Assembly: GCA_009377585.1 (NCBI GenBank)
Contig: WHTS01000012.1
Coordinates: 4,867 to 68,866 of the forward strand
Direction: 5' to 3'
Source: Betaproteobacteria bacterium
GTDB taxonomy: Bacteria > Pseudomonadota > Gammaproteobacteria > Burkholderiales > WYBJ01
DNA: 64,000 nt
Part shown: positions 56,390 through 64,000 of the stretch, piece by piece
Layout: each line of letters starts with the position of its first letter
How positions within the stretch are numbered: position 1 is the first letter of the stretch
The notes under the pieces: generated by a model
What the model was told of the DNA's origin: nothing
Database searches by the model: none
Seen by the model: the letters and a program-made list of their open reading frames with translations, nothing else
Position numbers and translations under genes: made by a program

Positions 56390-57580
56390 CTATTTCTTTG
56401 CGGGTGACGGTTCGGCCGGCGGCTTGGGTGCGCCGGGTTTGGTGGCGTCCGGGCTCGCGATGCGCACCGGCGCTCCCGGGCCGATCTTCATCAGGCCCGC
56501 CACGATCACCTTGTCCCCCGTCGCGAGCCCCTTGTGGATGATCCAGTCATCGCCTTGCCAGTCGCCGACTTCGACCAAACGCATCTCGACCTTGCTTTGC
56601 GCGTCGACCAGATAGACGAACTTGCCTTGCGGTCCGTCGAGCACCGCGCGCTGCGGCACGGCGATCGCATTCGGACGCATGGCGCCGCTCAGGACGACGC
56701 GCACGAACTGACCGGGCCTGAGCCGCCCACCTGGGTTCGGAAGCTCGGCGCGCGTTTCGGTGGTGCCGGTGGCGGGATTCAGGCGCACGTCGGTGAAATC
56801 GAGCCGGCCCTTCGGGGCGTACTCGGCTCCGTCGGAGAGCCGCACTTTCACGTCGAACCCGCTGCCGCCGGGCAGTTTCAGCCGCCCCTCGTCGACGGCC
56901 TTCCGAATCGCCAGATGCTCGCGCTCCGGGATGCCGAACGTGACCCAGATGGGATCGACCTGCGTGATCGTGGTGAGAAGCACATTCGGCCCCGATACGA
57001 GCGTGCCTTCCGATTGGCTCGCGCGGCTGGTCAGGCCGGCGATCGGGGCTTCCACCCGCGTCCACTCCAGGTTCAGCTTCGCTTCGGCCAGGCGTGCATG
57101 CGCGAGCTTCACGTCCGCGCTGGCAATGCGCTCGGCCGCTACCGCATCGTCGTAGTCCTTCTGGCTCGCGGCCTTCGCCTCGGCGAGCGGCTTGAGCCGT
57201 GCGCTGTTGCGCCGGGCCTGATCGAGGCGTGCCTCGGCCGCGGCCAGCTCCGCGTCCGCTCTTTGCAGTGCGATCTGAAACGGCGCCGGATCGATCGTGA
57301 ACAACGATTGACCGCGCTTCACAGCCGCGCCCTCGCGATAGTTGCGTTTGAGCAGAATGCCGGTCACGCGCGCGCGCACTTCGACATCGCGCGATCCGGC
57401 AGTCTGGCCCACGTATTCGTAAGCGGCCGGCAGATCGCGCGGCTGTACCTCGACCACCGACACTTCCGGCGGGGGCCTGCCGCCGCTGGGCTGGGAGTCC
57501 GCACGCTCGCAGGCGGTGAGCGCCAGGCAAACGACGACGCAGCCGAGCCGTGACAAACCATGCAAGTGCGTTCGCTTCAT
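56390..57580 (-). CDS. RND efflux periplasmic adaptor (membrane fusion) lipoprotein
   Basis: ATG 57580. Lipobox LALTAC, lipoyl/hairpin/beta-barrel pattern (RVTGILLKRNYREGAAVKRGQSLFTIDP). 4-nt gap to the RND gene. Confidence 0.9.
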   Translation of the reverse strand: MKRTHLHGLSRLGCVVVCLALTACERADSQPSGGRPPPEVSVVEVQPRDLPAAYEYVGQTAGSRDVEVRARVTGILLKRNYREGAAVKRGQSLFTIDPAPFQIALQRADAELAAAEARLDQARRNSARLKPLAEAKAASQKDYDDAVAAERIASADVKLAHARLAEAKLNLEWTRVEAPIAGLTSRASQSEGTLVSGPNVLLTTITQVDPIWVTFGIPEREHLAIRKAVDEGRLKLPGGSGFDVKVRLSDGAEYAPKGRLDFTDVRLNPATGTTETRAELPNPGGRLRPGQFVRVVLSGAMRPNAIAVPQRAVLDGPQGKFVYLVDAQSKVEMRLVEVGDWQGDDWIIHKGLATGDKVIVAGLMKIGPGAPVRIASPDATKPGAPKPPAEPSPAKK

Positions 57581-57743
57581 AGGAGCGCAGCCGATGCGAG
57601 TGGGGTCAGGGCGATCGCGGCGGCGCTGCCGCGAAGGCAAGAGAAACGAAGCGCAGGACTTTACCGGCTTTCCGGGGGCAGTGTAAACGCCGCGTTTGTT
57701 GCCGGGATGTTATCGCCGGGCTGCAAGCGTATGATGCATTATG

Positions 57744-57850
57744 TACGCAACACGGCACGCAACACGAAGGCGCGAAATGCAACAAGGGCACGCAACACAC
57801 GGGCACGCTGGGCAAACCATACAACGGCACGCGACACAGGGCGCAACAAT
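57744..57850. repeat. Cluster of degenerate direct repeats with core (G)CACGCAACA
   Basis: TACGCAACACGG, CACGCAACACGAAGG, ATGCAACAAGGG, CACGCAACACACGGG, CACGCGACACAGGG and CGCAACAAT lie in series just upstream of the ATG at 57868. The core matches the TTATGCGCACGCAACAG part of the 43.8 kb units. Confidence 0.6.
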
Positions 57851-57867
57851 CCCGCGCCGATTCGGCC

Positions 57868-59088
57868 ATGGCGGTTTCGCATACTGAAGCGTCGTTGCGC
57901 ACGCTGCTGCACGACTGGCACGTCGGCAACGGCGCGCGCATGGTGGTCTTCGGCGGCTTCAGCATGCCGCTCAATTACGCCGAAGGCGTCGTCCGCGAGC
58001 ACCTGGCAACCCGCACGCAGGCCGGCTTGTTCGATGTGTCGCACATGGGCCGCTTTCGCGCCTCTGGGCAGGCCACGCAGGATTTTCTCTCGCGCGTGCT
58101 CACCAACGACGCGTCCGCACTGGCGCCGGGGCAAGCTCATTACACGCTGCTCGCCAACGAACGCGGCGGCGCGATCGACGACGCCTACCTGTATCGCCTG
58201 AGCGCGGAAGACTTCCTGCTGGTGGTGAACGCGTCGAACCGGGCGTGCGATTGGGATTGGCTGCACGCGCAGTCGATTCCCGATTCGGTGCGGGTGACCG
58301 ATCAGAGCGACGCGTTGGCGATGTTCGCCTTGCAGGGGCCGCGCTCGGAAGCCTTGCTTGCGGAGCTCGTGGATGCAAGCGCACTGCCGCAGGCGCGCCG
58401 CAACCGATTGCGCATGGGCAAGTACGAGGGTCACGCCCTGATCGTCGCGCGCACGGGATATACGGGCGAGGCGGTCGGCTTCGAGCTTTTCGTGGATGCG
58501 CAGGTTGCGGCCGCGTTATGGCAGCGCCTGGTCGATGCGGGCGCCGTACCCGCCGGCCTCGGCGCACGCGATTCGTTGCGCCTGGAAGCTGGTCTGCCGC
58601 TCTATGGCCACGAGCTCGGGAGCGATCGCGACGGCGCCGAGATCCCGATTTTCGCCAACCGGCTCGCGCGCTTCGGTGTGCGCAAGCCGGGGATGGGCGA
58701 CTATGTCGGTAGGCGTGCGCTGGATGCGCAATGCGAAGAGTATGATGCCGTCGTGGCGGGCGCCATCGGCTTTTCGCAAGCGCGATGGTTGCCGCGGCTG
58801 GTTCAGCCACTGGCGGTGTTCGATGGGCGCCGGCCGTTGCGCGCAGGCTACGATCTCCTGCTCGCTGACGAGCCGGTCGGTTACGTCACGTCGGGGACCA
58901 GTGTCCCGGTCGGCTGCGCCGGCGCGACCGAGCCCTACCGGATGCGCCCGGTCGGTCTCGCCCTGGTCCGCTGCGATATCCGTTTCGATCCCGCAGCGCC
59001 CGTGCGCTTCACCGTGCGCGCTGCGCGCCAGGCGCTGATGGAGGCGCAGCTGGTCGAGCGCAATCTGCCGCCGGCTCGCATGACCTAG
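57868..59088 (+). CDS. Glycine cleavage T-protein-family aminomethyltransferase (folate-binding)
   Basis: GLFDVSHMGRF, ARTGYTGEAVGFEL, ARDSLRLEAGLPLYGHEL. No gcvH or gcvP nearby, so it may not be the canonical gcvT. Confidence 0.85.
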   Translation: MAVSHTEASLRTLLHDWHVGNGARMVVFGGFSMPLNYAEGVVREHLATRTQAGLFDVSHMGRFRASGQATQDFLSRVLTNDASALAPGQAHYTLLANERGGAIDDAYLYRLSAEDFLLVVNASNRACDWDWLHAQSIPDSVRVTDQSDALAMFALQGPRSEALLAELVDASALPQARRNRLRMGKYEGHALIVARTGYTGEAVGFELFVDAQVAAALWQRLVDAGAVPAGLGARDSLRLEAGLPLYGHELGSDRDGAEIPIFANRLARFGVRKPGMGDYVGRRALDAQCEEYDAVVAGAIGFSQARWLPRLVQPLAVFDGRRPLRAGYDLLLADEPVGYVTSGTSVPVGCAGATEPYRMRPVGLALVRCDIRFDPAAPVRFTVRAARQALMEAQLVERNLPPARMT

Positions 59089-59132
59089 GCGTCGAGTTCA
59101 GGTCAGTGCGCGCGGCGGCTTGCGAATTGGAC

Positions 59133-59300
59133 CACCCCGTCCGCGACGTTGTCGCGTCCAGCCCCTCCTTGTCAGGAGGGGAGGGCCTTCACTTTCCCGC
59201 CTGTCGCGAGAAGCGGTTCCCGCGATTGCGGGCGAGGTGGTGTGGTTTCGCCTCCTTTTACGAGGAGGGGTGCCTGCGATCGCGGGCGGGGTGGTGCGGT
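59133..59300. repeat. Mosaic REP/BIME-like cluster, same family as 23291..23470
   Basis: CACCCCGTCCGCGACGTTGTCGCGTCCAGCCCCTCCTTGTCAGGAGGGGAGG..., then GGTGGTGTGGTTT and GAGGAGGGGTGCCTGCGATCGCGGGCGGGGTGGTGCGGT modules. Confidence 0.7.
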
Positions 59301-59304
59301 CAAC

Positions 59305-59811
59305 TCAACTCACATGGACGGTATGGCTGGCCGGCTTTCCGGGTGAAGCTTTCGGCAGCACGACTTTCAGCACCCCATCGTTGTAGCTCGCGCTCGCCTG
59401 GTCGGGAAGCACCCGGGTCGCGAGCGGCACCACGCGGCGGAAGTTGCCGTAAGCGCATTGCAGTACCCGGTAGCGGCCCTCGGCCGACTCGCGCTCGAAG
59501 CGCTTCTCGCCGCTCACCACCAGCGCGTCGTCGGTGACCTCGATCTTGATCTCGTCCTTGCGCATACCCGGGATTTCGACTCGCACCAGCACGCGCTGGT
59601 CGTCCTCGAACACGTCTCCGCCCAGCAGAGCCCAACCCTGCGACGGGAAGTAGAAGTCGTCGTCGACTTCCGACTTCCCGGGCAGGGCGGAGTTCTCACT
59701 CGGCATGAAGCGGATCAGCGCCCCGGCGGCCGACTGGCGCACGCGTTGCCAGCCTTCCGATACCGATTCCCACAGCGATGCAAAGCCTTGTCTGACGTCG
59801 TTCAATACCAT
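59305..59811 (-). CDS. Hsp20/alpha-crystallin-family small heat-shock protein (long N-terminal arm)
   Basis: Alpha-crystallin domain: DVFEDDQRVLVRVEIPGMRKDEIKIEVTDDALVVSGEK...F.R...LP...A.Y.DGVLKVVLPK. Confidence 0.9.
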   Translation of the reverse strand: MVLNDVRQGFASLWESVSEGWQRVRQSAAGALIRFMPSENSALPGKSEVDDDFYFPSQGWALLGGDVFEDDQRVLVRVEIPGMRKDEIKIEVTDDALVVSGEKRFERESAEGRYRVLQCAYGNFRRVVPLATRVLPDQASASYNDGVLKVVLPKASPGKPASHTVHVS

Positions 59812-59851
59812 GGTTCGCTTCTCCGCATTTCGCTTGCCGTTTGCTTGCCGA

Positions 59852-60244
59852 TCAATTCGCGCGCACCTCGATGCGTCGCGGCTGCGCGTGTTGCGCCTTT
59901 GGAATGCGCAACTTCAACACGCCTTGCGCAAACTCGGCCGAGATCTTGCCCGCATCGAGCTCCTTGCTGAGCGTGAACACGCGCCGAAATTGCGACGAGT
60001 TGACTTCCGCATAGCTCGCCTGCATGGCTTGCGGCATGGCGATCGAAACGGTGCCCTCGATGCTGAGCACGTCGCCTTCGACGTTCAGGTTGAGCTGGTC
60101 CTTCGGTACGCCCGGCATGTCGGCATACAGGGTGATGCCGGTGCTGTCTTCGATCACGTCCACCGGAGGCATCAGCGGGATTGCGTCCTGGCCCGCCCCG
60201 TTGCCGCGCTTGTCCTGGCTCTTGACGGCACTTGACTGGTTCAT
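59852..60244 (-). CDS. Hsp20/alpha-crystallin-family small heat-shock protein
   Basis: PPVDVIEDSTGITLYADMPGVPKDQLNLNVEGDVLSIEG...FRRVFTLSKELD...AEFAQGVLKLRIPK. Confidence 0.9.
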   Translation of the reverse strand: MNQSSAVKSQDKRGNGAGQDAIPLMPPVDVIEDSTGITLYADMPGVPKDQLNLNVEGDVLSIEGTVSIAMPQAMQASYAEVNSSQFRRVFTLSKELDAGKISAEFAQGVLKLRIPKAQHAQPRRIEVRAN

Positions 60245-60258
60245 GGCATGCTCCTTCG

Positions 60259-60693
60259 TTACTGGATGGTGATGCGGCGCGGCTGCGAGTGCTCGCGACG
60301 CTTGATCTTGATGTGCAATATGCCGTCGCGATAATCGGCGCTCACGCCGTTCGGGTCGGCATCGTCGGGCAGCGATACGACACGCTGAAACTTGCCCTGG
60401 AAGCGCTCGTTGATGTGCACCGAGGCCTTCTGCTCCGGCGCCGGCAGCTCGGTCTTGCGGCTGCCTGCGATGCTCAGCACAGCACGATCGAGGTTCACTT
60501 CCACGGTGGTCGGATCGAGCCCGGGTGCGAACACGTAGAGCTCGAGCGTTTCGGGCAAGGTGCCGACATTGATCGCCGGAAACCCGCCGCGGCCCAGCCC
60601 GCGAATGCTGGGCGAGATATCGAAAGCCCGCTGAACCTCGCCTTGCAGGCGGCTCAGTTCAGCCAGGACATCGCGCGGAAATAACCCATACAT
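60259..60693 (-). CDS. Hsp20/alpha-crystallin-family small heat-shock protein
   Basis: PAINVGTLPETLELYVFAPGLDPTTVEVNLDRAVLSIAG...GKFQRVVSLPDDADPNGVSADYRDGILHIKIKR. AAGGAGAA RBS. Confidence 0.9.
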   Translation of the reverse strand: MYGLFPRDVLAELSRLQGEVQRAFDISPSIRGLGRGGFPAINVGTLPETLELYVFAPGLDPTTVEVNLDRAVLSIAGSRKTELPAPEQKASVHINERFQGKFQRVVSLPDDADPNGVSADYRDGILHIKIKRREHSQPRRITIQ

Positions 60694-60924
60694 TGTCCGT
60701 TCTCCTTACATAGCCGGTAGACAGCCCGTCTGCGGGCCAATTGCAAGCCTGCCAAGCGAGCCGACCAAATGCCCGCCAGGCGGGCCCAGACTTAAAATCG
60801 GGTCGTGGCCCGTGAATTCAATGGCCTTGATGAATGGCCTTGATGTTTGGTGCGACGGCCACCAAGTAGTTCGGGATCAATGCGTGCAGGCACCGGCCGG
60901 GCGCCGCTATCACGGGAGAGCGGG

Positions 60925-61899
60925 TTGGATTTCAAGGACTACTACGCGACCTTGGGCGTTGCCAAGGATGCGACCGCGGACGACGTCAAGAAGTCGTTCC
61001 GCAAGCTCGCGCGCAAGTACCACCCGGACGTTTCCAAGGAGCCCGATGCCGACGCGCGCATGAAGGAGATCAACGAGGCGTATACGGTGCTCTCCGATCC
61101 GGAGAAGCGTGCCGCCTACGATCAGCTCGGACGCGCGTATCAGCCGGGGCAGGATTTCCGCCCGCCGCCGGATTGGGATGCCGGTTTCGAATTCTCCGGT
61201 CGCCGCGGCCCGGGCGCCGGGGCCGGCGATTACGGCGACTACAGCGATTTCTTCGCCGAGCTGTTCGGCCGCATGGGCGCCCGTGGCGCGCGTGCGCGCG
61301 GCGAGCCATTCGAAGCCGAAGGTTTGCATGCGCGCGGCGAAGATCATCACGCTAAGATCCTGGTGGACCTCGAGGACGTATATCGCGGTGCATCGCGCCA
61401 GATTTCGCTGCGTGTGCCGAAGGTCGATGCCGAAGGGCGGCTCCTGCTGCAGACTCGCACGCTCAACGTGCAGATTCCAAAAGGTCTGCGGGAAGGCCAG
61501 TTGATGCGTTTGGCGGGCCAGGGCGGGCCCGGGCTGGGCGAGGGCAAGCCGGGCGACCTGATGCTCGAAGTGCACTTCAAGCCGCATCCGCGCTTCCAAG
61601 CGCAGGGCGCTGACGTGACAATGACGCTGCCGGTGGCGCCGTGGGAAGCAGCCTTGGGCGCGGTCGTTGCGTTGCGTCTACCGGATGGCGCGAATCTGAA
61701 CGTCCGTATTCCTCCGGGCGCACAAAGCGGGCGCCAATTGCGCGTACGCGGCAAGGGGATACCGGCGAACCCGGCCGGCGACTTGGTGCTCGATGTGCGG
61801 GTGGTCGTGCCGCCGGCCGATACGCCGCGCGCGAAGGAGCTGTACGAAGCGATGGCGCGCGATCTCGAATTCGATCCGCGCGCCGGCATGGAGAACTGA
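60925..61899 (+). CDS. cbpA: Curved-DNA-binding DnaJ-like co-chaperone CbpA
   Basis: J-domain KDYYATLGVAKDATADDVKKSFRKLARKYHPDV. No zinc-finger region, and DnaJ C-terminal domains are present. TTG 60925 after GGGAGAG is preferred; ATG 60880 is possible. Confidence 0.85.
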   Translation: MDFKDYYATLGVAKDATADDVKKSFRKLARKYHPDVSKEPDADARMKEINEAYTVLSDPEKRAAYDQLGRAYQPGQDFRPPPDWDAGFEFSGRRGPGAGAGDYGDYSDFFAELFGRMGARGARARGEPFEAEGLHARGEDHHAKILVDLEDVYRGASRQISLRVPKVDAEGRLLLQTRTLNVQIPKGLREGQLMRLAGQGGPGLGEGKPGDLMLEVHFKPHPRFQAQGADVTMTLPVAPWEAALGAVVALRLPDGANLNVRIPPGAQSGRQLRVRGKGIPANPAGDLVLDVRVVVPPADTPRAKELYEAMARDLEFDPRAGMEN

Positions 61900-61900
61900 A

Positions 61901-62206
61901 ATGCACGACGAGGAACTGCTGCAGGGCACGATTCTGGACGACGCCGCATTGAGCGCCGACGAACTGGCCTGCGCCTGTTCCGTCTCCACGGAGTGGGTCG
62001 TACGCCATGTTCGCGAGGGCTCCTTCGGCGAGATTCGCGCCAGCGCCACCGAATGGCGCTTCAGCAGTCGCGACCTCGGACGCGCACGCCGTATCCGGGC
62101 ACTGGAGCGCGATTTCGATGCGGTACCCGAGCTTGCCGCGCTGGTGGCCGACATGCTGGAAGAGCTCGATTCGCTGCGCGTCCGCGTCCGCCGTGCCGGG
62201 CTCTAG
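61901..62206 (+). CDS. cbpM: Chaperone-modulator protein CbpM (MerR-like)
   Basis: ATG 61901, 1 nt after the cbpA stop. 101 aa. LSADELACACSVSTEWVVRHVREG...RIRALERDFDAVPELAALVADMLEEL fits CbpM. Confidence 0.8.
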   Translation: MHDEELLQGTILDDAALSADELACACSVSTEWVVRHVREGSFGEIRASATEWRFSSRDLGRARRIRALERDFDAVPELAALVADMLEELDSLRVRVRRAGL

Positions 62207-62380
62207 CGCCACGGCGGCAATGCCGAACCGCATGGCAGCGAATCCGACAGGCTGAGCCACCCATGCCGTGCGCGATTGCGGCCCGGAGCCTCCCGTGCTA
62301 CGGTGCTTCTTCGCCATCGCCGACAAGCAATCATGCTGCGCGCCCCCGGCGCGCATGCCGCCCGTCTGGGGAGATCTGCA

Positions 62381-62938
62381 ATGAAAGTTCACGAGCTGGT
62401 AGCGCGCTGTACCGATGCCGCACAGAGCGCCGAGCCGATGCGCGCGGTGCGCGAGGTGGTGGAATCCTGGAAAGATCGCATCGCGCAGATCGAGCAGGCG
62501 CTGGCCTACGTTTCGGGCGTGGGCGGCAACGCCCGTCAGGTGTTCTACCGCTCGCCCGATCTCACCCTGTTGAAGGTCTGCTTTCCCGAGGGCCGCCGCA
62601 CGCCGCCGCACGATCACGGCGCCTGGGCGATGATCCTGCTGCTGTCGGGACGCGAGAAGAATACGCTCTATCGGCGCGAGCCTGGCGGGCTGCGCAAGGC
62701 AGGCGAGGTGACGCTCGAGCCCGGAGCGATACTCCCCATGCTCGCAGACACCGTGCACGTGGCCGAATCGATCGGAGACAAGCCCGCGATCGGCTTGCAC
62801 GTCTATGGCGGCGACATCCTGGAGTTGCCGCGGCGCATGTGGGATCCGCAGACGCTTGCCGAGCATCCGCTCGACTGGACGTTGTACGAGAATTTCGCGC
62901 GGGTTGCTTCCAAGGCGGGCTCCGCTCCGCTGGCCTAG
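62381..62938 (+). CDS. Cupin-fold (cysteine dioxygenase type I-like) metal-dependent protein
   Basis: ATG 62381 after GGGGAGA. PPHDHGAWAMILLLSG...VHV...GLHVYGG double-stranded beta-helix metal motif. Confidence 0.65.
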   Translation: MKVHELVARCTDAAQSAEPMRAVREVVESWKDRIAQIEQALAYVSGVGGNARQVFYRSPDLTLLKVCFPEGRRTPPHDHGAWAMILLLSGREKNTLYRREPGGLRKAGEVTLEPGAILPMLADTVHVAESIGDKPAIGLHVYGGDILELPRRMWDPQTLAEHPLDWTLYENFARVASKAGSAPLA

Positions 62939-62982
62939 GCAGCGCCGCCCGAGGCATTGGGGCGCCGTTCTCGCCAGCGTCC

Positions 62983-63468
62983 TCAGAACTCGATGGAAGA
63001 CCCGGCCCAGTTTGCATCGCGCGGCCGGGCGCGCGCCAGTGCGTGCGCCGCCGAGGTCCATCCGTCGCATGCATTGCGCCCTGGACGTCCGCGCACGGCG
63101 TTCATGAGCCCCTTGCAGCGCGCGTAGAAGCGAAAGAAGCGCAACACGCGCTCGCATTCGGCGTAGGAAGGGATGGTCGCGCTGCAGACCAGCTTGTCAT
63201 CGCTCAGGCCGCGGTCGGTGAGCGTGATCGCACCCCAGGCCTTCAGGCGGACCCGTGTGCCGAGCGGTAGCCTGGGGCCCAGAACGAGCGCGTCGAGCAG
63301 GTCGCCTTCGAGCCCGATATGGGTCGGTACGCAGCCGTAGTTGTATGGGCACGGCAGCGGAGAGACGAAGCTCACGCGGCCGGTCGAATCGCGCTTCAGA
63401 TGACTTCCGCGCGGCACTTCGATCAGTACTTCGACTTCGGGTGCTGGCAATTCGGTATCGGTTCGCAC
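62983..63468 (-). CDS. Inorganic pyrophosphatase-like protein (family I fold, diverged metal site)
   Basis: VLIEVPRGSHLKRD...PYNYGCVPTHIGLEGDLLDALVLGP resembles IEIPxGSxxKYE...YPxNYGFIPxTxxxDGDPxDxLVL. The DGDPLD motif is replaced by EGDLLD. Confidence 0.55.
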   Translation of the reverse strand: MRTDTELPAPEVEVLIEVPRGSHLKRDSTGRVSFVSPLPCPYNYGCVPTHIGLEGDLLDALVLGPRLPLGTRVRLKAWGAITLTDRGLSDDKLVCSATIPSYAECERVLRFFRFYARCKGLMNAVRGRPGRNACDGWTSAAHALARARPRDANWAGSSIEF

Positions 63469-63480
63469 GCCGACCGGCTC

Positions 63481-64000
63481 TCAGCACGGAACGCCGCCGC
63501 CGACTGTTATGCGTTGCATCAGTCGGCGGTGCTTCGGCCACTCGTAATTGAACGTGGCCAAGTGCTGAACGGTGCAATTGTCCCACATGACGACGTCCCC
63601 GACTCGCCAGTGGTGGGTATGCCGAAACCGCGGCTCGACGATGCGATCGGCCAGGCGCTCGATCAAGGCGAGCGCCTCATCGCCGTCCATGCCTTCGATG
63701 GCCTGGCACTCTCCCTTGCTCAGGTAGAGGCACTTGCGGCCGGTATGGGGATGCGTGCGCACCACCGGGTGCACGACCGCGGGCTGTTCGCGTCGCAGCG
63801 CCTGATCCTGCTGTCCCGTTCCGGTGCGCGCGCGCCGTCCGGCGACCTGGTGCAGCGCGCGCAGGCCGGCAAGTTGCCGCCTCTGTTCCTGCGGCAGGCT
63901 GTCGTGGGCATCCGCCGCGCTGGCGTAATGCGTCTCGCCGAGCGCGACGCCGTTTTCCGTCGGGACTTCGATCGCGTAAAGCAGTGTCGCCCGCGGCGGT
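63481..64000 (-). CDS. TauD/TfdA-family Fe(II)/2-oxoglutarate dioxygenase, 5' end outside the window
   Basis: C-terminal pattern VHPVVRTHPHTGRKCLYLS...HHWRVGDVVMWDNCTVQHLA...R.M.R.T. The frame stays open up to position 64000. Confidence 0.75.
   Translation of the reverse strand, partial: PPRATLLYAIEVPTENGVALGETHYASAADAHDSLPQEQRRQLAGLRALHQVAGRRARTGTGQQDQALRREQPAVVHPVVRTHPHTGRKCLYLSKGECQAIEGMDGDEALALIERLADRIVEPRFRHTHHWRVGDVVMWDNCTVQHLATFNYEWPKHRRLMQRITVGGGVPC

Noticed and set aside
57581-57867. Glycine riboswitch upstream of the GcvT-family gene
   Set aside because: I could not find the tandem GGAGAG...ACCGAAGGGGCAA...CUCUGGAGAG aptamer cores. Only a vague CCGCGAAGGCAAGA resemblance exists, and the region is dominated by CACGCAACA direct repeats instead.
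60694-60924. Canonical sigma-32 promoter or ROSE-type RNA thermometer for the hsp20 operon
   Set aside because: There is no convincing CTTGAA-N13-15-CCCCATnT on the hsp20 side, and only a weak AGAC/GTCT stem in the 5' UTR. This is not enough to call.

Overview
High-GC (about 65%) proteobacterial chromosome segment, probably a Burkholderiales-type betaproteobacterium: it has a Bug/TctC binding protein and GTCATTCCCGCGAAAGCGGGAATCCAG-type REP hairpins. About 60 genes are supportable. Most are core or catabolic. They include an EmrAB-like efflux pair, otnK/otnC, and an acyl-CoA synthetase/acylating aldehyde dehydrogenase pair divergent from homospermidine synthase. A complete assimilatory nitrate operon is present (cobA-nirB-nirD-narK-nasA), followed by dapA-bamC, bcp-slyD and a GntR/two-GGT/OsmC/family-5 binding protein cluster. 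There is also an RND efflux operon, a GcvT-family gene, and three tandem Hsp20 genes divergent from cbpA-cbpM. No rRNA, tRNA, CRISPR array, IS element or integrase was seen. Points worth a second look: (1) A ~5 kb accessory island (about 10.99-16.05 kb) holds two degenerate Rhs/YD core remnants and a 5'-truncated orphan Rhs C-terminal cassette with an unrecognised Cys-rich hydrophobic tip. Next come a zinc-ribbon/TM putative immunity gene and a three-gene XRE-ORF6N-unknown operon behind a perfect palindromic operator; this operon is my best candidate for an undescribed system. An AP2-domain protein completes the island. (2) A UGSC-family selenoprotein gene has an in-frame TGA that the ORF track splits into two ORFs, and it is paired with an uncharacterised 344-aa protein. 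(3) Five tandem 30-32 bp hairpin units sit on the bcp promoter, and their core motif recurs upstream of the GcvT-family gene. (4) Gene decay or assembly problems: a frameshifted enolase-superfamily gene, an XRE regulator with two compensating frameshifts that erase its HTH, and an in-frame amber codon in the RND outer-membrane factor. All three indels lie in G/C homopolymer runs, so sequencing error must be excluded. All functional calls come from motif recognition by eye; no database search was run.
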